In this document: in pieces, positions 37,391 to 47,310 of the stretch
Layout of the letters: each line of letters starts with the position of its first letter
Numbering within the stretch: position 1 is the first letter of the stretch
Source of the DNA: a virus
Length of the DNA: 64,000 bases
Virus record (IMG/VR): IMGVR_UViG_3300047550_003635
Direction: 5' to 3' (one strand)
Position numbers and translations under genes: made by a program
Notes under the pieces: model-generated
What the model was told of the DNA's origin: nothing
Seen by the model: the letters and a program-made list of their open reading frames with translations, nothing else
Database searches by the model: none

Positions 37391-37563
37391 AAAAAGTATA
37401 TACATCAGAAGTTTTGGAAATACTTGAAAATGGTGATGCTGTCATAGGTTTACCAGAAGATTTATTGAAGGAAGTTTGCTGGTATACAGGTGACCTTTTA
37501 GAATTTACCGAAAAAGATGGCTCTGTTTTTATTCATAATTTAACAAAAGAGAAGGATAGATAA
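37387..37563 (+). CDS. AbrB/MazE-like small protein (58 aa, not in ORF track)
   Basis: NGDAVIGLPEDLLKEVCWYTGDLLEF pattern; overlaps both neighbours. Confidence 0.65.
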   Translation: MKKVYTSEVLEILENGDAVIGLPEDLLKEVCWYTGDLLEFTEKDGSVFIHNLTKEKDR

Positions 37564-38039
37564 TGCTAGTATTACCTGATGAAATGGTTGGAAAGCCAAT
37601 TGGATTTACATGTTCAACATTTGATTTACTTCATGCAGGACATATTCTTATGTTAGCTGAAGCAAAATCTATTTGTGATTATCTTATTGTTGCACTTCAA
37701 AGCGACCCGACAATTGATAGACCTAAAACGAAGAATAGACCCGTTCAATCAATTGTTGAAAGACATGTTCAGCTTGAGGCAGTAAAATTTGTCGATGAAA
37801 TTATTGTATATAATACCGAAAAAGATTTGGAAGATTTGTTAATGTTTCTTCCAATTACTATTAGAATTATCGGTGAAGAATATCGTGATAAAGATTTTAC
37901 AGGTAAAACAATATGTGAAGAACGCGGTATAAAGATTTTTTATAACTCGCGTAAGCACCGCTTCAGTTCTACCGAATTGCGTAAGAGAACTTACCAATCA
38001 GAATTGGAAAAGAATGCTGTTGCTATTGAAATTGGTTGA
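37563..38039 (+). CDS. Cytidylyltransferase (TagD / glycerol-3-phosphate cytidylyltransferase-like)
   Basis: FDLLHAGH, SIVER, VDEI, FSSTELR. Confidence 0.85.
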   Translation: MLVLPDEMVGKPIGFTCSTFDLLHAGHILMLAEAKSICDYLIVALQSDPTIDRPKTKNRPVQSIVERHVQLEAVKFVDEIIVYNTEKDLEDLLMFLPITIRIIGEEYRDKDFTGKTICEERGIKIFYNSRKHRFSSTELRKRTYQSELEKNAVAIEIG

Positions 38040-38054
38040 TTTTTCTGTTATAAT
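38026..38054 (+). promoter_or_regulatory. Sigma70-like promoter upstream of the gp43 operon
   Basis: TTGAAA-17-TATAAT with TGn extension. Confidence 0.65.
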
Positions 38055-38081
38055 ATATTTTTAAACTCAAAAAGGAAACAA

Positions 38082-38303
38082 ATGAACATTACTGAACTTG
38101 CTAAAAAAATCGCTATCGAAAACAAACTTCCTAAGGCTGAGAAGTATGATATGGAACTTAGGCATGATGATATGATAGAACTTATTGGGCTTGTTCCTGA
38201 CCCGACTTTGGATATGAATGAATTCCGAGGTCGAGAAATGTTGTTCCCTAAACGCTGGCTAACACTAGAAGTTCTTGCACCCGAAACTGAAGTGAATGTA
38301 TAA
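38082..38303 (+). CDS. Hypothetical protein
   Basis: AAGGA RBS; coupled to gp43. Confidence 0.65.
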   Translation: MNITELAKKIAIENKLPKAEKYDMELRHDDMIELIGLVPDPTLDMNEFRGREMLFPKRWLTLEVLAPETEVNV

Positions 38304-40843
38304 TGTCGCGTTATTATACCAATGTCGTTTGCTTTGGTAATAAAATTCTTTATCGAGGTGTAAATAATCGTCAACGTGTAAAGAATAAAATTGATTATTC
38401 ACCAACAATGTTTGTTCCGTCAAAAAAGAAATCGGAATATAAATCATTGTTTGGTGAAAATCTTGAACCTATTGAAATGGGTGATATTCGTGAAGGTCGT
38501 GACTTTCTTAAAAAATACAGTGACGTTGAAAACTTCAAGATTTACGGTAATGAAAAGTTTGAATACTCTTTTATTGCTGACCATTTCAAAGGTATGATTG
38601 ATTGGGCAATTGATGAAATTTCAATTGCTATTATTGATATTGAGGTTGGTTCTGAAAATGGTTTTCCTGACCCATATATTGCATCAGAACCAATCACGGC
38701 AATCGGTATAAAAAGACTTGGTCAAAATACTATTGTATATGCTTGCGGTGATTACAATAATCATCGTGAAGATGTAACATATATCAAATGTCGTGACGAA
38801 TATACTTTATGTAAAAGATTTCTTGAAGATTGGAGTGATGACCATCCTGATATAGTTTCTGGTTGGAACGTCAAGTTTTTTGATATTCCATATATCGTCA
38901 ATAGATTTACTAGAATTCTTGGTGAAAGCGAAGTTAAAAAACTTTCACCATGGAATTATATTGGTAATCGTAAAACTAATGTCATGATGAAAGAATTGAT
39001 AGTTTATGATTTTTTGGGTATAACAACACTAGATTATCTTGAAGCATATAAGTGGTTTGCTCCTTCGGGTAAATCACAAGAAAGTTATCGTCTTGATAAT
39101 ATTGCACAAGTTGAATTGGGTGAGGGTAAGTTATCATATGATGAATATGAAAATCTTCATGAATTGTATAAATTAGATTTTCAAAAATTTATTGATTATA
39201 ATATCAAAGACGTTGAACTAATTTTAAAGTTAGAAGATAAACTTAAACTTTTTGATTTGTGTTTGACACTTGCCTATGATACTAAATGTAATTTCGGTGA
39301 TGTGTTTACTCAAACGAGAATGTGGGATGCTCTAATCTATAATTATCTTTTGGAAAGAAAAATAATAGTTCCACCAAAAGAAATGAAATTCAAAGATGGT
39401 GCTTTTGAAGGTGCATATGTCAAAGAACCTCAATTGGGTATTCAAGCATTCGTAGCCAGTTTTGACTTGAATAGCATGTATCCACATTTGATGATGCAGT
39501 ATAATCTAAGTCCTGAAACACTTGTTGACCCAAAAGATTATACAGATGAAATGCGTGAAATTTTAAATCAGAATGTGACGATTGAAAAGTTACTTGAGCA
39601 GAAAATTGATTTGTCTAAACTTGATAAGAGATTTACGATAACTCCGAATGGTGAATTTTTTCGCACAGACATTCAGGGTTTTCTTCCCAAGATGTTGGAA
39701 GAAATGTATGAAGATAGAAGTAAATTCAAGAAAATGATGATTGATGCGAAAAAGAAATATGAAGTTGAAACAGATAAGCAATTAAAGTATGACCTTGAAA
39801 AGAAAATTTCTCGGTATAATAATCTACAACTAGCAAAGAAAGTGTCGTTGAATTCAGCATATGGTGCATTAGGTTCTAAATATTTCAGATTTTATGATTT
39901 AAGAATTGCACTTGCTGTAACTCTTTCTGGTAAACTTTCCATTCGTTGGATTGAAAATCATATAAATCAATATATGAATCATATTTTGAAAACAAATGGA
40001 AAAGATTATGTTATTGCATCGGATACAGATTCGATTTATTTGCGTCTTGGTGACCTTGTTAATAAAGTGTATTCGGAAAAGACAGGCACTGAACATGTCA
40101 TTGCCTTCATGGACCGCGTGTGTGAACAGAAAATACAACCATTTATTGATGAAAGTTATCAGAAACTTGCTGCATATGTCAATGCCTATGCACAGAAAAT
40201 GCAAATGAAGCGTGAAAGCCTTGCTGATAAGGGCATCTGGACTGCAAAGAAAAGATATATCATGAATGTCTATAACAATGAGGGTGTTCAATATAAGACG
40301 CCAAAGATGAAAGTTATGGGTCTTGAAATGGTAAAATCTTCAACACCTGCGGCAATTCGTGAGAAAATGAAACAGTCTATTGAATTAATTTTGCGTGGTA
40401 ATGAAGATGAAGTTCAAAAATTTATCAATGACTTTAAAGAACAGTTCTTCAAATTGCCAGCAGAAGAAATCTCATTTCCGCGTGGTGTAAATGGTCTTGC
40501 TGAATATTCTGATTCATCAACACTGTATAAAAAAGGCACACCCATTCATGTCAAGGGTGCAATTCTGTATAATCACAATCTCAAGAAATTGAAATTGGAA
40601 AAGAAATATCCCATGATTCAAGAGGGTGAAAAGTTGAAGTTTACTTATTTGAAAAAGCCAAATCCTTTTATGGATACTGTTATATCGTATCCTAATAGAT
40701 TGCCTAAAGAATTTGGACTTCAAGATTATATAGATTATGAAACACAGTTTGAGAAAGCATTTTTGGACCCGATTCGTATCATTCTTGATAGTATCGGTTG
40801 GTCAACAGAAAAGAAAAGCACATTAGATAGTTTTTTTGGATAA
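38303..40843 (+). CDS. gp43: Family B DNA polymerase
   Basis: DIEV exonuclease, SFDLNSMYP, K..LNSAYG, DTDS; no intron or intein evident. Confidence 0.97.
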   Translation: MSRYYTNVVCFGNKILYRGVNNRQRVKNKIDYSPTMFVPSKKKSEYKSLFGENLEPIEMGDIREGRDFLKKYSDVENFKIYGNEKFEYSFIADHFKGMIDWAIDEISIAIIDIEVGSENGFPDPYIASEPITAIGIKRLGQNTIVYACGDYNNHREDVTYIKCRDEYTLCKRFLEDWSDDHPDIVSGWNVKFFDIPYIVNRFTRILGESEVKKLSPWNYIGNRKTNVMMKELIVYDFLGITTLDYLEAYKWFAPSGKSQESYRLDNIAQVELGEGKLSYDEYENLHELYKLDFQKFIDYNIKDVELILKLEDKLKLFDLCLTLAYDTKCNFGDVFTQTRMWDALIYNYLLERKIIVPPKEMKFKDGAFEGAYVKEPQLGIQAFVASFDLNSMYPHLMMQYNLSPETLVDPKDYTDEMREILNQNVTIEKLLEQKIDLSKLDKRFTITPNGEFFRTDIQGFLPKMLEEMYEDRSKFKKMMIDAKKKYEVETDKQLKYDLEKKISRYNNLQLAKKVSLNSAYGALGSKYFRFYDLRIALAVTLSGKLSIRWIENHINQYMNHILKTNGKDYVIASDTDSIYLRLGDLVNKVYSEKTGTEHVIAFMDRVCEQKIQPFIDESYQKLAAYVNAYAQKMQMKRESLADKGIWTAKKRYIMNVYNNEGVQYKTPKMKVMGLEMVKSSTPAAIREKMKQSIELILRGNEDEVQKFINDFKEQFFKLPAEEISFPRGVNGLAEYSDSSTLYKKGTPIHVKGAILYNHNLKKLKLEKKYPMIQEGEKLKFTYLKKPNPFMDTVISYPNRLPKEFGLQDYIDYETQFEKAFLDPIRIILDSIGWSTEKKSTLDSFFG

Positions 40844-40854
40844 TTGGAGAATAT

Positions 40855-41913
40855 ATGTCATTACTTGAAAAATTGAAAAAGAACAGCACTATTAAAGATA
40901 CAGCAATATTGGAAAAATCAGTTTTCTTCACTGAAAAAGATGTTATTCCAACTTCTGTTCCTATGTTGAACGTGGCACTATCAGCAAAACTTGATGGCGG
41001 TTTTATTCCTGGACTTACAATGTTTGCAGGTCCATCAAAGCACTTTAAAACTTTGTTCAGTTTGATTCTTGCAAAATCTTATATGGACAAATATAAAGAT
41101 GCTATTCTATTGTTCTATGATTCAGAATTTGGAACTCCTATCAAATATTTTGAGACACTTGAAATTGATAAAGAGCGTGTTTTACACACACCAATTACTG
41201 ATGTAGAACAATTAAAGTTTGATATCATGAAACAATTAAATGATATTCAGCGTGGTGATAAATTGATTATTATTCTTGATTCGATTGGTAATCTGGCATC
41301 AAAGAAAGAAGTTGAAGATGCGCTTGACCAAAAATCTGTTGCAGATATGTCACGTGCAAAACAATTAAAGTCATTGTTCCGTATGGTAACCCCACATTTG
41401 ACGATGAAAGATATTCCTTTGATTGTTGTTAATCACACTTACAAAGAAATTGGTCTGTTTCCAAAAGATATCGTCGGTGGTGGCACTGGTTCTTACTATT
41501 CTTCTGACAACATTTTTATCATTGGTCGTCAACAAGAAAAAGATGGAACAGAAATCACTGGTTATAACTTCATCATCAATGTTGAGAAGTCACGTTATGT
41601 TCGTGAAAAATCAAAGATACCGATTTCTGTGACATTTGAAGGTGGTATTGAAAAGTATTCTGGATTGATGGATGTTGCTCTTGAAGGCAATTTCGTATCT
41701 AAGCCAAAGAATGGTTGGTATGCAACTGTTGACCGTAAGACTGGAGAATTTGGTAAGAATATGAGATTGGCAGAAACGATGAATGCTCAATTTTGGAATC
41801 CTATTCTAAATGATTCAGAATTTAAAACCTATATTGAAAGTAAATATGGAATTGCATATGGAAACATTATGGAAAAAACTCCAGTTTTGGAAGAAGAAGC
41901 CGATGAATCCTGA
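40855..41913 (+). CDS. uvsX: RecA-like recombinase
   Basis: AGPSKHFKT, YDSEFG, DSIGNLASKKE. Confidence 0.95.
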   Translation: MSLLEKLKKNSTIKDTAILEKSVFFTEKDVIPTSVPMLNVALSAKLDGGFIPGLTMFAGPSKHFKTLFSLILAKSYMDKYKDAILLFYDSEFGTPIKYFETLEIDKERVLHTPITDVEQLKFDIMKQLNDIQRGDKLIIILDSIGNLASKKEVEDALDQKSVADMSRAKQLKSLFRMVTPHLTMKDIPLIVVNHTYKEIGLFPKDIVGGGTGSYYSSDNIFIIGRQQEKDGTEITGYNFIINVEKSRYVREKSKIPISVTFEGGIEKYSGLMDVALEGNFVSKPKNGWYATVDRKTGEFGKNMRLAETMNAQFWNPILNDSEFKTYIESKYGIAYGNIMEKTPVLEEEADES

Positions 41914-42226
41914 AGATTATATCGAAGGTAAACATTTCCGTTTCGTTGATTCTGATGATGGTAAATTTACGGGAATACATTTACTTTTAGATAATTATGT
42001 GGATGTCCTCTATCACTATTATGGTGCGCGAGTGGTAGAGGACAACGGCATAGCAAAGTTACAATTTGCATATAACATTGTCAGTCCCGGCAAACATGAC
42101 ATAGATGACTTGTCAAAAGACGAGGAATTTAGTAAAATAATGGGTGACATACTTTCAAAAATCTTGATGGAGAAACAACAATATGAAGCGACTAGAGAAT
42201 ATAATCCTGAGGAACTTGATTCATAA
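41903..42226 (+). CDS. Hypothetical protein, positional gp40-like
   Basis: Between uvsX and gp41; ATG at 41903. Confidence 0.5.
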   Translation: MNPEDYIEGKHFRFVDSDDGKFTGIHLLLDNYVDVLYHYYGARVVEDNGIAKLQFAYNIVSPGKHDIDDLSKDEEFSKIMGDILSKILMEKQQYEATREYNPEELDS

Positions 42227-43586
42227 TGACGAATATACACGAAAAGTTCTTCCGTTCATCAAACCGGATTATTTTTCTACCAACTCCGAAAAGACACTTT
42301 TCAAAGAAATCTTCGGTTTCATTGATGAATATAAAAATCTTCCGACACACGAAGCACTTACTATCAATATCACGGAAAAAAGAAATCTAAATGAAGAAGT
42401 AGTAAAAGATGTTGTTGAAATTCTGAATGATATTGAAACTGAAAAGAATGAACCTGTTGAAACACCGTGGTTAATTGACCAGACTGAAAAATTCTGTCAA
42501 GATAAGGCGTTGTTTAATGCCATAACAGAATCAGTAACAATTCTTGAGGGTCAGAGTAAATCAAAGACCAAAGGTGAAATACCTAAATTATTGAGTGATG
42601 CGCTTGGGGTATCATTTGATAATAATGTCGGTCATGATTATATGAACGATACTGAAAATCGATATGAAGCATATCATCGTGTAGAATCTCGCATCAAATT
42701 TGACCTGGACATTTTCAACAAGATTACTAAAGGCGGTTTGCCAATCAAGACGTTGAATGTTGCATTGGCTGGCACTGGTGTTGGTAAATCTTTGTTCATG
42801 TGTCATGTTGCTGCTGGTTGTTTATCGCAGGGTTTGAATGTTCTTTATATTACCATGGAAATGGCAGAAGAAAAGATTGCCGAGCGTATTGATGCAAATC
42901 TTTTGAACATGAATATCAATGAACTTCATACACTTTCAAAAGATGATTATTTGAGAAAGTTTTCATCATTGCGAAATAAGACACAAGGTAAACTGATTAT
43001 CAAAGAATATCCAACGGCATCTGCTTCAACATTGCATTTTCGTGCTTTGTTAAATGACCTTGCATTAAAAAAGACATTTCGACCAGATATCATTTTTGTT
43101 GATTATCTGAATATTTGTTGTTCGGCTAGATTAAAACCAGGTGCAAATGTCAATAGTTACATGTATATTAAATCTATTGCTGAAGAACTTCGTGGTCTTG
43201 CTGTTGAATTCTGTTTGCCAATCGTGACTGCGACACAGACGAACAGGACAGGTTTTACTAACAGTGACCCCGGTTTGGAAGATACCAGTGAATCGTTTGG
43301 TTTGCCAGCGACAGCAGACTTCATGTTTGCTCTGGTAACAAATGAACAGTTAGAAGGTCTAAATCAGATTCTTGTAAAACAGTTGAAAAATCGGTATTCT
43401 GACCCAAATCACTATAAAAGATTCGTTTTGGGTATTGACAAAGCCAAGATGAGACTGTATGATGTTGAACAATCAGCACAGAAAGACATTATAGATTCTG
43501 GACAAGATGAGGATAAGCCTATTAACACATTTGGAATGAGGGAGAGGCGTGATATTGGTAATAAATTTGACAAAATAAAGGTATAA
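42183..43586 (+). CDS. gp41: Replicative DNA helicase
   Basis: AGTGVGKS, VDYLNI, ATQTNR, SESFGLPATAD, QLKNRY. Confidence 0.96.
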   Translation: MKRLENIILRNLIHNDEYTRKVLPFIKPDYFSTNSEKTLFKEIFGFIDEYKNLPTHEALTINITEKRNLNEEVVKDVVEILNDIETEKNEPVETPWLIDQTEKFCQDKALFNAITESVTILEGQSKSKTKGEIPKLLSDALGVSFDNNVGHDYMNDTENRYEAYHRVESRIKFDLDIFNKITKGGLPIKTLNVALAGTGVGKSLFMCHVAAGCLSQGLNVLYITMEMAEEKIAERIDANLLNMNINELHTLSKDDYLRKFSSLRNKTQGKLIIKEYPTASASTLHFRALLNDLALKKTFRPDIIFVDYLNICCSARLKPGANVNSYMYIKSIAEELRGLAVEFCLPIVTATQTNRTGFTNSDPGLEDTSESFGLPATADFMFALVTNEQLEGLNQILVKQLKNRYSDPNHYKRFVLGIDKAKMRLYDVEQSAQKDIIDSGQDEDKPINTFGMRERRDIGNKFDKIKV

Positions 43587-43592
43587 TATTAT

Positions 43593-43621
43593 TATAAATA
43601 CTCTAAAAACAGGAGTATTTA
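43593..43621 (+). promoter_or_regulatory. Late promoter TATAAATA forming the 5' arm of an RBS-sequestering hairpin
   Basis: TAAATACTC(43595-603) pairs with GAGTATTTA(43613-621) over the AGGAG SD. Confidence 0.8.
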
Positions 43622-43622
43622 A

Positions 43623-44405
43623 ATGGCAGGTTCAGCCAAAGTGCATGGTCTTCTTTATAAATTTAAAAGTTTAGATAATTCATATGTGTTAAATTTACCA
43701 ACTCCAACAGAACGCGGTGAATTGGCTGTTCTTCAGCAGATAAATGGATACATTTCTAAGATTGGTTCACCTATAACCATAGTGACAGGAAAACACACAT
43801 TCAAAGAAATTTATGGTGCAAACAAAGTTGAAGGTACTCCAAAAGCAGATATTGCATTAGTAACTTATGATGGCAAGTTAAAAAAATTTGTAGATGTATG
43901 TTTTATTTCACATAAGATGGGAAAAGATGCTGGTGCTTTTCAACAGTATAGTGGTATAACAGACAAAGCGGATGGAAGAAAACCAGGTTCAATATCAAAA
44001 GATAAAACTGTAATAGAGTTTCTTAGAGCAATTTCAAAAATACAAAAAATTATTGTTGAAAAGAAAGAAAGATTTTATAGAATCATAAAAGATAAAAAAC
44101 TTATTGGTAAGGCTATTTATGGTCCGGAATTTGGAACATCTCAATATAACATTGATAATATACATGTTATAGGACAAGGTGATGCTAAACTCACAAAAAA
44201 CGGAAATAAACATATTCTGGATTTTACTACACATGCTAGTTACAATCCAGATGTTTCGGAATTTATGGAAAGAGATTATACTGCAATAATTGCTGCTAGA
44301 TATACAGCGGGTAGAAATTATCAAGTGGATGGAAAAACATATAGCGGAGCTAGAATACTAATACTGCCTAGAAAAGTTATTGGCGGAAAAGCAAAAGAAA
44401 TATAA
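43623..44405 (+). CDS. Putative PD-(D/E)xK-type endonuclease
   Basis: GELAVL...TPKADIALV...FISHK pattern. Confidence 0.5.
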   Translation: MAGSAKVHGLLYKFKSLDNSYVLNLPTPTERGELAVLQQINGYISKIGSPITIVTGKHTFKEIYGANKVEGTPKADIALVTYDGKLKKFVDVCFISHKMGKDAGAFQQYSGITDKADGRKPGSISKDKTVIEFLRAISKIQKIIVEKKERFYRIIKDKKLIGKAIYGPEFGTSQYNIDNIHVIGQGDAKLTKNGNKHILDFTTHASYNPDVSEFMERDYTAIIAARYTAGRNYQVDGKTYSGARILILPRKVIGGKAKEI

Positions 44406-44432
44406 AAATGAACTTTAAAAAAGAAAAAAACT

Positions 44433-44873
44433 ATGATAAACTTTAAAACATTTCTAATAGAATCAGAAGAAGATGATGGTAAACTCAAGCATATCACACA
44501 TGCTGAGGACCATCCTTTAATTGATGGTCATAAGGGATTTGAACATGCTTATGGTGCATTGATGAAAACACATCAGCACATGGTTGAAAAAAAGAAAAAC
44601 AGTAATCTAACGATGAAATATGATGGTTCACCTTCTGTAGTATTTGGTCATCATCCAAAAACTGGTAAATTTTTTGTCGCATCAAAATCTGCTTTCAACA
44701 AGAATCCCAAGATAAATTATTCAGATAAAGATATTGACGCTAATCATGGTCATTCTCCGGGACTAGCACATAAACTAAAAGCTGCGCTTAAACATTTTCC
44801 TAAAGTTACACCAAAGAAAGGTGTATATCAGGGAGATATGATGTATACCCACGAGGATTTAAAACATGAGTAA
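44433..44873 (+). CDS. N-terminal half of a ligase-like (KxDG) protein with capsid-targeting-like N-terminus
   Basis: MINFKTFLIE; TMKYDGSP, FFVASKS, YQGD. Confidence 0.65.
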   Translation: MINFKTFLIESEEDDGKLKHITHAEDHPLIDGHKGFEHAYGALMKTHQHMVEKKKNSNLTMKYDGSPSVVFGHHPKTGKFFVASKSAFNKNPKINYSDKDIDANHGHSPGLAHKLKAALKHFPKVTPKKGVYQGDMMYTHEDLKHE

Positions 44874-45615
44874 AGTATCTTTCACTCCAAATACAATCAC
44901 TTATACTGCTCATGGCAAACAAGCAGATAAAATAAAGAAATCAAAAGTTGGTGTTGTCGTTCATCAACAATATCATGGTGACGATTTATCAACAATGAAA
45001 GCATCACCACATACAGACCATGCTACTGCATTCAAAGAGCATCCAGATGTTTATCATCATTCTGCTGAACATGATACAAGCAAAGTAGATTATTCACATC
45101 ATGCACAGCAAGATTTTCAAAAACATATGGCAGCAGCAAAACATATCCATGATACATATGGGCATAAGATGTATGCTGCTACAGCAAAACATCAAGGTGA
45201 TGGTGGACATCTAACGACATATATCAATCATACTGTCAGAACAGGTGAAGCACCAACATCTGAAGGTCTAAAAAAACACGTTAAAGAAAAATATGGTAAA
45301 TTGATTGATAAAGCAAAATCAGAAAAAGGTAAAAAAGCAAAAGAAGCTGAATCAGAAGAACATGTCAATCATATTGAGAAACATAAAGAACATTACGACC
45401 ATTTACTAACAATGCATCATCATCTTCAGCAAGCAAAAGATACACTTGTAAAACATCTTGAACATCATGAAGGTGGTTATGAACACCATATTGATGATAC
45501 AAAATCAAAGCCCGAAGGTTTTGTCGTAAGTCATGAAGATAAACCAACTAAACTTGTAAATCGTAAAGAATTTGCACGTGCTAATCTTCTGAAAGTAAAA
45601 GCATGGAAAAAGTAA
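44866..45615 (+). CDS. C-terminal half of the same ligase-like protein; His-rich
   Basis: FTPNTITY, KPEGFVV (motif IV-like), TKLVNR (motif V-like). Confidence 0.65.
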   Translation: MSKVSFTPNTITYTAHGKQADKIKKSKVGVVVHQQYHGDDLSTMKASPHTDHATAFKEHPDVYHHSAEHDTSKVDYSHHAQQDFQKHMAAAKHIHDTYGHKMYAATAKHQGDGGHLTTYINHTVRTGEAPTSEGLKKHVKEKYGKLIDKAKSEKGKKAKEAESEEHVNHIEKHKEHYDHLLTMHHHLQQAKDTLVKHLEHHEGGYEHHIDDTKSKPEGFVVSHEDKPTKLVNRKEFARANLLKVKAWKK

Positions 45616-46253
45616 ATGTTTTAGATTTTCTTATCGAAGATATGGACCGTAAAGACCCAAAGTCTAAAACGCTCCATGCCTTCGATATGGACGATACTCT
45701 ATTTCATTACAAAAAGAAGAATGAAGCAAAAATTCACGTTGTCAATAAGTCTGGTAAAAGAGTGCAATCATTGACAAACCGCGAATATAATACGCACAAA
45801 TTACCTGCTGGTCACAAATACGATTTTAGTGATTTCAGGTCAACAAAAGTATTTAAAAAATCTGCACAACCAATACACAAAATGGTTCGCAAGATGAAAG
45901 CTATTCATCACAATAATAAGAACGTTGAAATTTTGACAGCACGTTCTAATATGGATAGCAAAAAGAATTTCACAAAAGCGATGCGTGGACATGGAATTGA
46001 TATCAATAAAATACATTTTCGTCGTGCAGGAGAAACTGGAGAAGAAACACCTGCAAAAGCAAAGCATAAAGTTATTGATGGATTAATTCGTAAACATGGA
46101 TACACAAAAGTCCATCTGTATGACGATTCACATGCAAATCTTGAACATTTCAAAAAGTTAAAAGAAAAACATCCAAACGTGGAGTTTCATGCACATCACG
46201 TCCATCATGATGAAAAAACAGGTAAAGTAACAGTAACGACTACGAAAGCATAA
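45603..46253 (+). CDS. HAD-superfamily phosphatase (polynucleotide 3'-phosphatase-like)
   Basis: FDMDDTLF, ILTARS, K, LYDDSHAN; N-terminal LDFLIE. Confidence 0.75.
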   Translation: MEKVNVLDFLIEDMDRKDPKSKTLHAFDMDDTLFHYKKKNEAKIHVVNKSGKRVQSLTNREYNTHKLPAGHKYDFSDFRSTKVFKKSAQPIHKMVRKMKAIHHNNKNVEILTARSNMDSKKNFTKAMRGHGIDINKIHFRRAGETGEETPAKAKHKVIDGLIRKHGYTKVHLYDDSHANLEHFKKLKEKHPNVEFHAHHVHHDEKTGKVTVTTTKA

Positions 46254-46254
46254 A

Positions 46255-46440
46255 ATGTTAAAATTAAAAGAACATATTATAAAAAATATAAGTGAAGAAA
46301 AAAAAGTTCCTCATCCCGATATTCTTCCACCATCAGGTGCAGGTAATGATGCTTCAGATGAATTGGTTCATTCATATACCAGAGATACACCAGGTCAAAA
46401 AGTAAGAAAGATAAAGTCGTTTAAAGAACATACTAAATAA
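46255..46440 (+). CDS. Small hypothetical protein, probable internal head protein
   Basis: ISEE site; YTRDTPGQ; C-terminal IKSFKEH. Confidence 0.55.
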   Translation: MLKLKEHIIKNISEEKKVPHPDILPPSGAGNDASDELVHSYTRDTPGQKVRKIKSFKEHTK

Positions 46441-46458
46441 TTTTTTTGTGGAGTTGTT

Positions 46459-47310
46459 ATGGATATAGTGATTGGTTGCATTACAGGATATGATTTTGAT
46501 AAAATAAAACCTTGGGTAAATTCGCTTGACCGTTCCGGTTTCCAAGGTACCAAAGCGATGATGTGTTATAATGTTTCTTTTGACACCGTTGAAGAATTGG
46601 TCAAAAGAGACTATTCTGTTCTCACATTTAACAAAAACGAAAATCTAAAAAGATTTGAATATAAAGAAAATTTCTCAATCGTCGTTGAGAGATTTTTTCA
46701 TCTATGGTATTTTCTACGACAGCTTAAAGGTGAATATCGATATATCGTTACAACAGATGTTAAAGATGTTGTGTTCCAAAGTAATCCAATTGACTGGCTT
46801 GAAAATAATATTGGTAATAAACAAATCAACGTCGGTTGTGAATCTATTACATATGAAAATGAAGAATGGGGTAAAAATAATCTTCAAAAAGCATATGGAA
46901 CAGTATTATATGAACACAATAAAAACAATTTAATTTATAACGCAGGAACAATTTCTGGTAAATTTGATACAATGATTGATTTCTTTTTGAACATCTATAT
47001 GCTATGTCAGGGAACAAATCATTATATCGAAGGTGGTGGTGGACCTGACCAAGCAGCATTGAATATTCTTTTGAATATGAAACCATATAAAGATATTACT
47101 AATTTTGCTATGTCGGAGAGTGGTTATGCAGCGCAGTTAGGAACAACAGGACCTCAGGTTAGAAATACAGTAAAACATAAATTAGTTGAAAATTGTCCAG
47201 TTATGATAAATGATACTGTCTGCACTTCTACTGAAAAACCATTTGCAATTGTCCACCAATATGATAGAATAACAGAATGGAAAGAAATAATTGAGAGGAA
47301 ATATGGATAA
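46459..47310 (+). CDS. GT-A-like nucleotide-sugar transferase
   Basis: TTDVKDVVFQSNP, NAGTISG, DQAALN, VHQYDR; ACTAAATA upstream at 46432. Confidence 0.7.
   Translation: MDIVIGCITGYDFDKIKPWVNSLDRSGFQGTKAMMCYNVSFDTVEELVKRDYSVLTFNKNENLKRFEYKENFSIVVERFFHLWYFLRQLKGEYRYIVTTDVKDVVFQSNPIDWLENNIGNKQINVGCESITYENEEWGKNNLQKAYGTVLYEHNKNNLIYNAGTISGKFDTMIDFFLNIYMLCQGTNHYIEGGGGPDQAALNILLNMKPYKDITNFAMSESGYAAQLGTTGPQVRNTVKHKLVENCPVMINDTVCTSTEKPFAIVHQYDRITEWKEIIERKYG

Noticed and set aside
43567-43587. TTGACA...TATAAT at the end of gp41
   Set aside because: Spacer is only about 9 nt, so not a sigma70 promoter; the adjacent TATAAATA late promoter explains the site
44858-44864. T TTA AAA slippery heptamer just before the split in the ligase-like gene
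   Set aside because: A -1 slip leads to the wrong frame; the downstream ORF is in the +1 frame
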